A stretch of 64,000 nucleotides of DNA from Camelus ferus. Its lineage: Eukaryota. Positions within the stretch are counted from its first letter, which is position 1, and each line of letters begins with the position of its first letter. The notes beneath the pieces were generated by a model. That model worked only from the letters and a program-made list of their open reading frames with translations. It was not told the origin of the DNA and did no database searches. The DNA lies in assembly GCF_009834535.1 (NCBI RefSeq), contig NC_045697.1:112408001-112472000 (forward strand). The letters are read 5' to 3'. This document shows positions 13,588 through 27,683 of the stretch, piece after piece. The position numbers were made by a program, and so were the translations under genes.

Positions 13588-14689
13588 TAAGGGGAGAGTT
13601 CTGATCAGACTCAGTTCCACCTGTGTTCCAGATGGTCAGTTCCACATGGAATTCCAGGGTTGGTTCAGGGGCCATTCCACCAGAGGAGTCCATGTTTCAT
13701 GATGTCTTTGCTTAAGCATGTCACTCTATACTGAGTTTTCATCAACTAACTTCTAGGCAGAGCTTTGCTATCTGTCAACAGGCGGCAGCTCAGCATTGGT
13801 GTGACTTCTCATTTCTCCTGAGTCTGCATTTTTCAGGATGGATGGTACCCTTCTGTGTAACTCTAGGTAGAAGGGGTGACTTTCTCCTTGCTGTGGAGGC
13901 TAAAAGTGGATTCCTAGTGCCCCAGTAAATAAGATGGAAAGGCTAAATGAGGTGTGTAGCGACAGCATGTAGATAATATTCACTGAATGTATTATTTTCT
14001 TAGTTTATTTCAAAGCAAATCTTGCAAGTTGATACCTACAATCTATGGGTGGTGGGGAGAGACAGAAACTGTAAATGGAAAACTAAAGAGTGGTTTAGGA
14101 GGAAACTGTAAAATCCAAGTGATTTCCTGCAAGCCATACAGAAATCTGGTTCCTGATAGAATATTGTGTTAGTGAAGGACCAGCTTTGCCTCTTAGTGAG
14201 TCTCTGACCTGTTGTACTGAACAAACACTATATCTGGCCTCAGTTTTCCATTCCTAATGGCTGTCCATCACTATTAGTAAAAAGTCCAGACTCCCTACCT
14301 GATTTCAAGATTCTCCTCCGGCTGGCTGGGACCTTCCACAAAGGAACCTCTTCCTGAACCATCTCCTGCTTTCTTCCCTCCCCTCAATCCTCTTTTCTGC
14401 CTCTACTTAAGCGCCACTTTCTCATGAAGTATTTTTTTTTTAACCCCTCTCCCGTACTTGATTAACTTCCCCTGGTGTATGCTCCCATAAAATCCTGAAC
14501 CTTATTTCTCTTGAAGTTCACTGCACTTTATGTAAATCAGGTTATGATTGCTTTCTGCTCTGCTGTATTTTATACTCCATGATGACGCTTACCTGCTAAT
14601 CTTGTCAGGGCCCCATCACCCCGCACAAGGTCTGGCTTACAGCATCAGCCTGGAATCCTTTTGTTTCCAAAATTAAAGGTACATGTTAA

Positions 14690-15665
14690 AAATGTGACGA
14701 TAAAGATGCTGGAAGAAAACACAGGATATTGCTTTCATAACCTTGGAGTGAGAATGTTTCTCTACCACTGATTCAAAATTGAGAAAACTAAGAGAAACAA
14801 TTGATGGCCTTGTCCACATTAAAAATTAGAAAGCTGTGCATACCAAGAAGTCCCATAAATATAGTGAAAAGACAGATGATAGACTGGGGAAACTGGGGAA
14901 CGTTTTGTCCTTTTATCACAGAGTTAGAAAGAAATGAAACAGCATCTCAGTGGATTAAAGAACAAAGCATTTGAGCAAAGAGTTCTTAGATATGATTTTT
15001 TCAGCATAGCACTGGGCAAGTTCTAAGGTTGATAAATACACTGTTGGTAAAGCTGTGGGGAAACAGGCTCTCTCATATCTTCAGGTCAAAGTGTATAGCT
15101 GAACGTTCCCCATGGAAGATAACTTGTCAATAACTTAACATTGTAAATTGACTCAGTAATCCCACTTTGGGGAATTTAACTTAGACAGGAATTGTACAGT
15201 TGAAGAATGAGATAGCACTAAATTTTCGTCTTAACATTGTTTTTAAGAACAAAAGATTAGAAATAAGCCAACTGTCCATCAGTAGGGCACAGGTTAAATA
15301 AATGATGGTGCCCCCCTGCAATGAAATACCCTGTAGCAGAGATGGAGAACACTCTCCGTGTTTTAAACTGGGCAGGTTTCCAAGTTCTATTGTTTAAAGT
15401 AAAAATTAAAGCTTCAAAATTGTACAGGATAGCATGTTATCTTAGGAAAAGAAGCGGGTAACTGTATACATTCATAGTTAATTACTTTACATATAGCATT
15501 TCTAAAAGAGTATAAAAGATGATAATTGTGATTACCTAGAGTGAATGGAAGAACGCCGTGTGGATGGGAGCAGGGGTGTGACGTGAGTTTTCCAACAGAG
15601 ATTCCTCTTTCACTTTAATTTTTGAACCTTGAAGTCCTATCACCTATTAAAATTCAATAATAAAA
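14690..15665 (+). mobile_element. Old L1 (L1MC/L1ME-like) ORF2 end and 3'UTR
   Basis: Degenerate L1 ORF2-end motifs (ctggaagaaaacacagga, gactcagtaatcccactttggggaattta, aactgtccatcagtagggc...ggttaaataaatgatgg). Confidence 0.7.
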
Positions 15666-17444
15666 CAGTTAGAGAAAGAAAAACATGTAAAGTTTTAAAA
15701 ATATAAAATAGGAGGAAAATGTAAGAAGTGAGATGTGTTTATACCTGGCAGAGGGGAAGTCAAGGTAAATTAGCAACAGTCCTCCAGCTTACGTGCTTTG
15801 GCTCAAAAATGAGGGATTCAGGCTTTGATCTCTTGGTCACTTCCAATTCTGAGACCTTATCATTTGCCATGTCGGGCTTTTATGAAAAGTGTTATGTCCA
15901 GATCTTTTCTCTCTTCATGAAGAAGAGCACAAAGCCAGGTGGGCTTAAAATTTCAAAGGGAAAAGATCATGTTGGATTTGGGAGAATTTCAAATTACCCA
16001 TTTCTGGTAACAGCAGGTTGACTTGCCTGTATCTAGTATTCTATGTAGTTTGAGAGATTCCTGTTGGTTTAATTTAAAATTAATTTGTTTACTTTTAAAT
16101 GGCAGATACAATTGTTGTCAAACCTCCAGTGGTGTAAACATGTATAAAGTCAGAAAAAAAATGACTCCAGTTTCTTCAGTCCTACTCTGCAAGAGGAGAT
16201 ACGGTATTGTAACTGCCCCTTCTTGTACGTACTTGAGACATTTTTATAAATCTACATGTGTATACTAAAAATGTGTGTATTATATAGAAAGAAAGAGAAG
16301 GAAAGAAATAAAGGAGGGGAGGGAGTGAAAGAAAAAGGTTTTCTTTGCAGGAGAATGATCTTTACTTCTTTGCAACTTGCTTTTTTCACTTACAAATGTG
16401 GCTTGTTTAAACCTCCTGAGACCTACACATCTACTTCGGGAGATGTGTTCTGTATGACTTTTGCTTTCTGAAATGTATTTATGTATTATTTGTTCCTAAG
16501 GTGGTGGATTGTATTTTGGAAGATATTCTACGGCGACGTTGGTAGGATACGCAATTGGTAGTATATCTGCTAGTCAAATATGCTGATTACATTTTGTAAT
16601 CCTGTCTACTGCAGACTTGCTTTATTCATTTTATGAGTCTGTGGTTCTCTCCCACTGCACAGGGCCCTCCAGGGAAGTGCCCTGGAAGGACACTGATTTG
16701 ATGTAAATTTCAATGTCTTTACAATCACCTTCCGAGTGTCGTGTGGCCAGTCATCATTTTCATTGCCAGTGAAATATTTAGCTGCCAGTTTTGTTCTTTA
16801 GTTCAATGTAATGAGTTATTGAGAAAAAGAAGAGAAAACACATCTATTACCTGAAGTCCTAATTGTACAACACGCACCGTCTATTGTAAGTTGTACACCG
16901 GACTGAGTCCCAAGAGAGAAAGCTGTTGCTGGCAAATGATTCAATTCTGTTTACATTCAGGGAATTTGTAATGTGATAGTAAAAATAGAATTTCAAGAAG
17001 CTGGGGCATGGTTCTTAGCTAAAATACATTAACTTGACACAGAATTTAAAAATAATATCCTTCATGAGTTGTGTTGTAGCAATGTATGAAGAAGATGACA
17101 AATCTAAAGAACAATAATCTATTTTATTTATTTATAGAACATCTTTGAGTTAGGACCATGTTGTCATGTTCTCTGCAGCAGTTAGCACATCTATTCGATG
17201 GTACTAAAAATATAATCACCTTCCCAAAGACGCCGCAGAACTTAACACTGTTCTTTATAGAAAATTCATCCAAAAACTGTCATGGAAATAAATAACTTGG
17301 GAATAAGTTTATTTTACAAGGTTTCAGAATTATCTTGCACTGCCTTTTCTATGCCCTCAAATCCGAGTCCTTCCTTTTGTTCTGTCTACTCCCTACCCTG
17401 GAATTAGTTGTAATTTTTGGACATGGTTGATATAATTTATACTT

Positions 17445-18145
17445 ATTGGGCATCAGTGTGTGACAAAAATTAGGCAAGAGGGTAGAGATAAAATTATGGA
17501 CAAAAAGTAGGTACAATCTCTGCCTCCGTGGAGTTTACAGTCTATTCGAGTAGATTTACATCCATCAAATAACCTCACACACATCATGCATGTATATAAT
17601 TAATATATATATCTTATGTCCCTCACTGTATGTGTGTGTCTGTGTCTGTGTGTGTGTTATACACATAGATATTTAAACTAAAGTGATACAGAAGATACAC
17701 AGGACCATACTGGGAGCTAAAATTGAAGACTGAGGAGGAGTTAACTAGTCAACGAAGAAGGTGCATGTATTCTAGGCACAGGAAGTACCCAAATAAATGC
17801 TTTGTGGAGAAGAAAAATTGGTGGATGTAAGTTGCTAAGGAGGGCTTAGCGGGCTGGCATGGCAGAAGTGAAGGGGCTCAGCCTTGTGGGCACTTGCAGG
17901 CCACACTAAGATTTTGCTTTTATCCCCAGAGCAATGGGACTGTAGTAAAGTATTTTAAGCAAGAAAGTGAGATGATGGGAATTGTACTTTGAGAAGCTCT
18001 CTCTGGCTGCAGAATTGAAAATAAGTTTTAAGGAGGTAGGTGGTACCTAGAATGGATGCAAGTAGCCTGAGAAAACTCTTACAGGGTTCATGTGAGAGCC
18101 AGCAGTTGGGACAGAAGCAGCGGGAACAGAGATGGTCAGTGGACA
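17445..18145 (-). mobile_element. L2 fragment with an internal TA/TG simple repeat
   Basis: tctctgcctccgtggagtttacagtcta and ttttatccccagagcaatggga are L2-antisense motifs. Confidence 0.6.
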
Positions 18146-19864
18146 TTGCAATCCTAATGGCATTCGTCCCTTAAACACTAAATTCTACATTAGTCTAAAT
18201 TGTATTACTTACTAATTACTTACTAAATTTTACTTACAGATTTAGAGTAACTTGTTAGAGACTTAGTAATCTAACTTGTCCCTGAGGTGAGGGTGGATTT
18301 AGGACAGCTGCACACATATTTGCTGTTTTATTAGAAATTAAATGTTTATTATCTGCTTGAAGTTGTTATCACTGTCTCTTCTGCTCCATAAGCTCCCTTG
18401 TGAAATAGAGAAGCCCCAAAGTAGTTACTATATTTTAACAAAACTGAAACTTCAAACTACTTTATTGCTACCATGTGCTGTGTAATTTTCATGGTCAATG
18501 CAACTTTGAATTATAAAATTATTGGATGGACATTAAATGGACTGCTAGAATACTGCTAGGTTGCATTTTATATAACCTGCCTCTTGAAAGGTTAGTTGCA
18601 GTAATAAATCTTTAATTTTAGGCAAGAGTATTTTACAAGCTCTTATGCAAAAATTTAAATGACAAAAAATATTCCGTGTCTTCAAATTTCACACATGCTG
18701 AATTTATCTGATAAATCTGTGTTTATTATAATAAAATTCTTAACCAGAGCAGAAGCCATAATTCAATAGAAATTCTTAACTTTAAAAATGTTTAAGCATG
18801 TACCTAAACATAAAATTTTTGAGAGATAAACTTTGGAAAAAATTGTATTTGTCTTTTAATTCAGCACTGTCACTACTAAAGGATGTGACTTTTAGTCAGC
18901 ATCCTGTGATATCAGTCAAGAAACAGTTAGTTATTTGGCACTTACAACATACAAACGCTAGTCAGTGTTGGAGAGTTGCATCAAGACTGTCATGATCTAG
19001 TATGGCGTTATATTTTGCTAATCTGCCTTTGCTGTAAACAATCAGCCAGAGTTCAAATTCTCCTCTCTCTGGAAATTACTGAAATAGTCTTAGGTTGAGC
19101 AAAACTTTCTTCTCAACACTTTCCCCGTATTGTTTAGTCGTTTTATGGGTTAGACACCACCTAATTGTTTTTATGCAAATCAAAGTTTTCCTTTGAGGAA
19201 AAAAAAAAGTCTCCTAGAGATTTTACCAGATGGAGAGTAATTAACTGCAAATGAGAAGACATATTAATAGTATCTTATAAAAAAGGACATTTGTCATAAT
19301 AGCCTTTAAGAATGAATGTGCAAAGTTTTCTCAGTAAAGTGCCCTTTACAGTGTGTGTGTGTGTGTATTTTAATTCTAGGCAATTAATTTTTATAGTTGA
19401 CTTTTATGTTATTCCGTAATGAGTTAGGAAAATTGCATTTTTCAGTGGTTTCTCTACCACTTTGGGGACATATCATGACCTTGAAACTATTCAGTATTAT
19501 TAGACTCGTGTGCTATTTCATAATTCATATAACTTGCTACTTTTTGTCCTTTATTTATTCAAGTCTTAGATATTTTTCCATGAAAATATGGCCATAAGAA
19601 ATTGATGCCGAAAGAAATGATAAAAAATAATGCGGGGCTATTGATAAGAAGTGCTTATAGATTCTCAATCATTTTAGCTTAAATGTAACGAACGCTTACG
19701 ATGTGCAGGACCCTGGGTAAGTGGTTTTCTTAAAAACTGTTTTATCAAACCTAGAAAAAAGAGGCCATGGCTTCCTCCTTACCTCTTACCTGCTGCTTCT
19801 GCCCCCTGGGGTTACGTACGCACCTGATAGCTCGGTGGTTGTGAGACCACTTATGGAGCCAAAA

Positions 19865-20462
19865 CGTTGCCAGCAATTACGTTCTTGTCTCATCACAGAA
19901 AGAATTCAGAGACTAGGAGGTCAAGAAAGTAAAGTGGGGATTTATTAAAGTTTGAACAGTACACTCTCAAGGGGAGAGCAGGCAGACTCAGGTGAGCAGC
20001 TGCCCTGAGTTTCTTTGGCATGTTGGTTACATAGGGTGTAAAAATGAATGGGTGGAATATTCATTAGAGTGGGAGGGATTTGAGGTCATACATACTCCCT
20101 GATTTCCATCCCAGCTCCACCTTCCTGAGGGGAGGAGGGATCTTTGTCCTTATTTAGTTTGGATCAGATGTATCATGGCCTCGGTGCATGATGGGTGCTT
20201 CTAATCTGCAAGGCTAATTTTATTGTAATGAGGGCATAATGCACAAAGTTTGCATTCAGATGCCAGAGATCCTTGCCTTTTCCCACCTTTCTTTGCCTCC
20301 AGGACACTTGTCACCTCAAAATGTGTGATTTCTTTTCAGTCTGGAGGTTCCTGCTTTTCTCTGTCTGTCCAAGGACCCCCCACTGTGAATAAGATGTAGG
20401 GTTTCCTGCCACGTGGCCTGTGCCCCCCTTTCTCTGCTCATATGTAGCTCTGCCTGCTCTAA
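19865..20462 (-). mobile_element. Solo LTR, ERV1-like
   Basis: About 600 bp unit with AATAAA on the minus strand (tttatt 19941-19946) near one end and a TATA-like tatgtaa upstream of it. Flanked by direct repeat aaaac(g) at 19861 and 20462. TG..CA termini are not intact. Confidence 0.7.
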
Positions 20463-21800
20463 AAACGAGACTTCTAGGCCAATGCCTGGCAGAGAGTTCT
20501 CTCCAGAGCACACCACCATCCGCACAGGGACAGCTGGTGCTTTGCACTTTTCTTCTCTGGAAACTGAGGCCTTGGATGTATTCTGGAGACAACATCATCT
20601 CACCTTAAAGAAGAAGAAAGCCAGCAAACAGCTGTGAGTCAAAAATGTCCACCTCATGGGAGAAAAAGCTCTCCATGCCTTGGTAATTCTCATTTTCCGT
20701 AGGCCTAAATTATGATTATCTTCCTCTTGCCCCATTTTTATTTTTTTTTCCACCTAGAGTTATATTTTTTTCTTAAACTCCTATAAAGAATGGACCCCTG
20801 CTTTTGAAATATGTCAAAATTTTATCATTATCTGGCATAAATTTTCATTGTAAAATTGAAAACACCAAATCCTCCAAATTTAGTATAGTATTAAAATTGT
20901 AGTGATGTATACATTTTCATACGCAGAATGGCATTGTCAGTAATCAGTGATTTATTCTGGGAGGCATAGGGCACACATCACCTACTGCTTGAGCTCCTTT
21001 AGTCTGATGGAAAGTACTTAAATAATTATAATTGTTTCTCTGTCACCTCATTAGATCAAACTGTTAAATTAAAGAGAATGAGGAAGGTTCACTCCCATTA
21101 CAGCCATCTTGAACCCTTTCCTGCAACCAGGTTGGCTTATCTGTCTTCCCCAAGAGAACCCTGATCTCTTCTGGACTCATAATTCTGTGCCTGCTTCTCT
21201 TTCCTTCCACTCATCCTGCATTCTGGCCCTCTCTGTAAGCCTTGTCTCTTTCCCGGAAGCTTTCCTAACTAATCCGGCTGCATCAGTGGGGTCTAGGCAC
21301 CTCCAAGCTAAAGTTACCTTGTGTCAAGACTTTATCCCTTTGCTAAGAAAGACTGTCCACAGAAGGTACAAGCAAGAGATGATGCAGCTTTGTTGTAGAG
21401 GAGTATCTGAGTTTAGAGACAGGTACTATCTTTGAATTATGAATGTAATTGAGTTCAAGGATGTATTTTCAGAAAACTGAGGGGTTATTTGTGAAAGTGT
21501 CCCTGCACATCAATGCTCTGTTTCAGCTCCATAAGAAGTGTTCTGTGACATCCCTCTAGGGCAGTGTGTTACATCTGAAGGACTCTGATGATGGAATTAC
21601 TGTCCCTTCCTGACCAGTCAGTGGGTACAGTGCTTATTTATGATTGGAGGGGGGCCAGGACTACACTGATAGCCACATTCTCCCTCTCTCTCTCACACAC
21701 ACACAGATCTGCATGCTTGCTATTTTGCCAGAAACTGTGGAAATTGCAACCCTTAGTTTCCCCTGGGTTTGTGACCATCCATTTTCCTTTTCAAGAAATG

Positions 21801-21819
21801 TGGCGCCTCCTAGGGGTCA
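21801..21819 (-). promoter_or_regulatory. Candidate CTCF motif
   Basis: Minus strand TGACCCCTAGGAGGCGCCA versus core consensus CCASYAGRKGGCRS (2 core mismatches). Confidence 0.35.
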
Positions 21820-22029
21820 GCATTGAAACTTGCTTTCATTTAACTCACATCTGGTGAGTGTGTGCTCTTCATTAAAAGACCCACCTTGTTGAAGGGAGAA
21901 AAACCTGTACTTAGTTTTACCTTAATACCAGAAAGTGCATCTGTATTGAGTCTAAGACATTGGACTACATTAGCTTCTTGCCACGCTCATCCCCTTTAAT
22001 GATTATGAGCCACACAACCCTCAAGACGT

Positions 22030-22205
22030 GGCAAATACACTGTACTGGAATCAGAGGCCTTGGGTTTGGTATCAGTCCTGCCCCTTGCTAATTGTGTGAT
22101 TTCAGCAAATAACTGTGCATCTCTGTCTTGATTATATTAGCTACAGAATGGTCTCTCTTTTAGCCACAGGGAAGTTACTTGTTTACACTAATGCACGTGA
22201 AATGA
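22030..22205 (+). mobile_element. MIR fragment
   Basis: ctggaatcagaggccttgggttt...gccccttgctaattgtgtgatttcagcaaataact...tctctgtcttg, MIR core. Confidence 0.55.
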
Positions 22206-22374
22206 TTTGTACATTTAGTCATTTGATCAGGATTTATGAGCAGCGTCTATGGGCAGGTCCTATTCCAGATACTGGAGAACCAGGGCAGAACTTGAGGACT
22301 AAGCTCCTAGTCCTCTCCAGCTTCATTGCAATACACTTGAAACTTAAGCAGTGTACAAAGGGAAATATTAGAAC

Positions 22375-22960
22375 TATATACAGTATCCAAGACAGGGAAG
22401 CAACCTAAATATCCATTGCAGAGGACTGGATAAAGAAGTTGTGGTATATTTATGCAATAGAATACTACTCAGCCATAAAAAAGAATAAAATAATGCCATT
22501 TGCAGCAACATGGATGGACCTGGAGATCATCATTCTAAGTGAAGTAAGTCAAAAAGAGAAAGAAAAATGCCATGTGATATCACTTCTATGTGGAATCCGA
22601 AAAAAAAAAAAAAAAAGAAAAAAGAGGACATTGATGAACTCATCTACAAAACAGAAACAGACTCGCAGACAGTAAACAGTCTTATGATTACCAGGGGAAA
22701 GAGGTTGGGAAGGGATAAATTTGGGAATTTGAGATTTGCAAATGTTAGCCACTGTATATAGAAAAAGATTAAAAAATTTCTTCTGTATAGCATAGGGAAC
22801 TATATTCAATAACTTGTAATAATCTTTAATGAAAAAAGAATATGAAAACAAATATATATATATGTATACGCATGACTGGGACATGATGCTGTAGACCAGA
22901 AACTGACATATTGTAACTGACTATACTTCAGTTAAAAACAAAAACAAACAAAACAAAACA
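22375..22960 (+). mobile_element. 5'-truncated L1 3' end
   Basis: ORF 22439..22675 is the L1 ORF2 C-terminus (WYIYAIEYYSAIKKNKIMPFAATWMDLE). A-rich tail. Degenerate TSD aaatattagaac / aaatactaaaac (22363-22374, 22961-22972). Confidence 0.93.
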
Positions 22961-23085
22961 AAATACTAAAACAAGCTGTCTAACTTTAATAGATATTACT
23001 TATGTGACTATTTATGCAGTCCACTTAATTAAGTTCTTGGTTCCATGGGGTTAATAAATGTGCCTTAATTCTATTTTATCCTCTG

Positions 23086-23196
<111 letters not shown>

Positions 23197-23615
23197 ACAG
23201 GATAGCAGAGTTCTCACATATGCATCAAATTCAATTAACAAAAAAGAATAATGGAAAATCCAAGGATGAAGTTAAGTATTTAGGAAGCCGTACAATCAGT
23301 CACAGAATAGGTCATGTGTCTGAACCTCAGTAAATTTCTGAAAGATTTCTCTCTTGGTTATTTGGTATCATAGAAGGGCTGCAAAATTAAAGCCCTCATC
23401 AGTGGATCTAATGAAGATATTTCTATGAGACAGCTGTGTGTAAAATATAAAATTGCAACATAAAAATGGGCTGCCTCTGTGATTTTTATTCATCTCAGAA
23501 AGGCTATAACCTTGAATTTCCAAACCGGTATTCGATGAGGGTAGATGGATAATTTTAGGAATATTGTTAGCTTACTGAGTCCTAAGTGAAAACAATTCAG
23601 AAAAGTCTATATGGG

Positions 23616-24085
23616 CATATTAGTTAAGAGTTTTCCAGAGAAACAGAACTCACAGGGTATGTGTATGTGTATATATGTGTGCATACATATATATACATAA
23701 AGAGAGATAGAGAAGGAGAGAGATTTATTTTTTATTTTAAGGAATTGGCTCATGTGCTTGTGCAGTCTAGCTGGTCCAAAATTTGCAGGGCAGTCTGGTA
23801 GGCTGGAAGTTCCTTCAAGAATTGGCATTATAGTCTTGAATCTAAAGGCCACTGGAAGCAGAATTCCTTCCTCTTCTGGAGACCTCTGTCTTTTAAAGCC
23901 TTTAGTTTATTGAATGAAGCCCATGTACATGATGGAGTCTAATCTCCTTTACTTAAAATCTGCTTGTTTAAATATTAATTATACCTAAAAAATACCATCA
24001 TACCAACAGCTAGACTGGTGTTTGACTAGTGTTTGACCGGGATACTACATCCTAGCCAAGTCGACACAAAAAATTAACCATCACA
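23616..24085 (-). mobile_element. MLT2-type solo LTR
   Basis: Ends aaaattaaccatcaca (reverse of the MLT2 start); begins attagttaagagttttccagagaaacagaac. Confidence 0.85.
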
Positions 24086-27000
24086 GTCGGGTCTGACCAA
24101 AATTTTACTATAGACTTTATATTGCCTTGGAAAAAAGACGTGTAGTAAATACTATTGAAAAGACCAAAATTTTAACCACTAGAACTCCTAATGTGGGCAT
24201 CTCTGGGTAAGTATAGGGAACAAGGTTGAAGACATCTGTATCTAAATTTATACTTTGAAGTCCCACATTTTCTTAGCTTTTATAAATTATGGAGAGTTTT
24301 GTAACAACATAGTAACTGCAGTGATATTAATTGATAGTCAGATAGTCCACATTTAGTGTCTCATTTCATTTTCACAAATCTCAAGTAGACAGTGATACCA
24401 TCTCACTGTAAAGATGAGAAAAGGAATGCTAAATTAGGTTGGGACTCCTGCCAGGTCACAGAGGTAGTAAGAAATGGAACCACGATGATTCTTGCATGTG
24501 TTAAGGGTTTTCTGCACAGGTCAAAACAAATCCTAAATGGAAGGTTTTACAGTTTTGAGTCCTCACATGCACTGTCTGTAAGGACCCAATTTTTATAAAG
24601 AGAAACTCTCCTCCAAACTAGAAACAGTCAACTACTAGTGCCCTGTAAAAGGTCTGACTCTTTCTTGCTCCTTAATAATTCACCAGCGTTGGTTTTTTTG
24701 GTCAATATTTTCTCTGAAGATTGTGTGGTTAGCAGGCACAGCTATGCAATTATTTACTACTGTTAAGTAGTGTATTTATTTTTAAAGAACTATTTTAGAA
24801 TAACATAAGATACTTTCAGTTTGACCTTTAACCTGTGGGAAAAAAATAAAGCCTTATAAGCTTAATAAAAATGCTTTAGTGACATTTCATACCATCTTGA
24901 GCGTGAACGCCTGGAGAAGCGACCCCGACAGGTCCAACACTAAGGTGGCGTTTGCTCTGCTGGCCTTTTGAGTGTCTCACCACGCCTCACCTCATCCTCC
25001 TGGCTGCAGTGTTTCCCAAATCCTTTCTGTTCCCTGAACAATATCACCGTTGCCTTTCTAATGCCTGACATAGTATACGGTGTGCAGTGCTGCGTCAGTA
25101 ATTCTAGAAGTAATTCTAGAAAGAGGGACATTGGGAAGGAAAGCGTGTTCCTGGAAACACTCACGTTTCAGCTCTGCGCTTTCTCCACTTCGGTCTGTTC
25201 CTTCACTGATGTGACACCCGGCCTCGTGTAACTGGCCACTGCAGCAGAGAGGCCCTGGAGGAGGTATCAGAGTGATGCAGGTGATGGTACCGTCTTCTCA
25301 GCTCTCTTCCTTTATCCTTCTTCTGCATCTCTTGCTATTGGTTTGCCACATTTTTTAAGACCCGAGATTGCACATTTAGAGCCCAGCATGGGCTGAGCCA
25401 CAGTGAAAAGTACGTATCATCTTTGAACTTGATTTTAATGCAGGAAGCAGGATTGATCAGCTTTTTCTAATGGACAGTTTTGGAAGGTTAGTGGACGCTA
25501 TCATGTTAGGTAATTTCTGCAGAGTAATTTTGCCCTTTTGAAAACCTCCCAAGAAATTCTGCCTTGACATTGACCCGTTAGAAACTGGGGAAACATGTTT
25601 TAAGGATGAGACAGGACAGAGATTGCATTTGTCATTATTGTTTCAAACTAACAGTTTGTCTGCTCTGTTACTGTGTAAGTAATCTGTATTGATGACACTC
25701 AGTACAGTAGTCAACCTCATTAAGCTTTGGTTGGAAACCAAAAGAACCAGTGATAATAAGATGCATTTTGGAACAAATAAAATTGGGTAGCCACTATTAT
25801 GGCCAATTGTTAATTTTTTTTGTTCTCATTTAAATCATATTTACCCTTAGTTTTTCTTAGTATAGACATCAAGAAAAAATGACTTCTTAGGTTAAAAGAC
25901 TAATTTGTTCTAGAACTTAAAAAAAAATTCTCCAAGAAGTCTAAATGGAGATTTAAACACAAAACCTAAATATTTGGAAATAAATATTTGGTTTCTTTTT
26001 TATTCATAACTTGCACATTGTACTTTGTCAGTTTTCACTCCATCAGATACCAATTTTAAGAATTCTGTGCATGAACTTTTAGTGATGTATTTTAAAATGA
26101 TCCTTTATATAGTCATCCATCAAGGATGCAAAAAATAGAACTTTAAGATATTCCTATATAGACATTTTTACTTTAATTTTGCCCTTTAATTTTCTTTAAA
26201 AAGATACTCTTGTGTGGGAATGGAGGTAGTGCAGTCATCCATCTTATATCTGTGATGAAGAGAGAGGGAAAATATAACTTTTTATATAATTTGTATCTTG
26301 CAAACTCTTTCTTCTGTGATCTAATATTCTTTCTGGATATAAATTACAGACCTGGAGGAGGTAAATTAACTTTTAACTCAGAAATTGGTTTAGAAGAATA
26401 TTATTATTCTTCTAAAAATAATTTGTCATTGCCTAATCTCTATATGGTGATACATTGATAACGAATAAACTTAGTGAACTCAATGAGCTTACAATATTCT
26501 GAGTAGCACTGGGCAAAGCTTACATTTTTACAGTAATTCTTTATGAGAGAAAAAATTAACTCAGGCCTCTGGTGCTCAGAAAATGTTACTTTCTAATATT
26601 CATTCTAACTTAACAAACGTTTACGTGATTACTAGAAATGATATATTGTGTTTGCTGCCCATAAAGTGATTACAGATTCATAAACAATAACTCGATTCCC
26701 TTACAGATTTTTTGATGAACTAATTTACTCTCCCTGTAGGCACTAGGGAAAAGAAGGCGGCCACGTAGATGATCAGTCATATTTCCTGCTCCAACAGACG
26801 AGAGAGAATGAGGGGTGATGGATGATGATGAGTTAGACAAAGGAGCATCTGAGTACATGGAAAAGAAGAGATTAGTGAAAAGGTTCCACGTCGGAACACA
26901 GGGTTCACGTTTGGCATCTTAATTCCACCCCACGGGAGCCTGATGGCTGTTGGAAAGACCTACTGTGATATGGAGACCGTGGACCAGGCCAGATGGATGG

Positions 27001-27683
27001 AGACAGTGGTGCCCACTGCTGAACAGAGTAGGATATTCCCCGATCAGATCAGAATGTCACTCTTAACGGACTAAGTGAAAAACTAGAAAACTATTTGATT
27101 TGCCACAACACCATTGTTTTCTTAAACTCAGATTTACGTTCTGGTTGGGAAATCTGAACACCGAAGTTTAAAGAGCCTAATGCATTTTTATTTTCTCAGC
27201 ACTCTTTCCCAATATCCTGAGGCATCTGAATGACAGGAAGAGTCAGTATAGTGAGGAATGTGATAAAGACTTTTACTTTTTCACTTATTCTCCTTTACAA
27301 ATGTACTTAAATTCCTGTTAGGCTTTGGATTCTAGTAATTTGTTTTCTGTAATAAGTTTTGGGAAAAAGCAATGTGCCCTTACTTTTTCCTTTTAATGCC
27401 ATACTATTATAGTATAACTTTGATAAAATTTCTTATTTTAACAATTATTTGAGAAATAACTGTTCCTAGAATCACCTAGTCACATAATTCATTAAATAGA
27501 ACACAGTATAAGCATGGTGATAATTTGTGGTCACTGGGCAATGAGCTGTAAAGGCAGGTGGACAGATGTAAACAGACACATACAATAATACAATATTAAT
27601 TGTATTATTACTCTATTGTGGGTCTTACTGTTAATGTTGCTTTATTATAGTGTCATTTTTCTAAGTCAAGAGTAAATTGCAGT

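Noticed and set aside
19678..19716. 39-nt exon-like segment ending CTGG|gtaagt
   Set aside because: The sequence resembles a decayed MIR motif (gagcacttactatgtgccaggcactgtgctaagtg), so the donor match is probably incidental.
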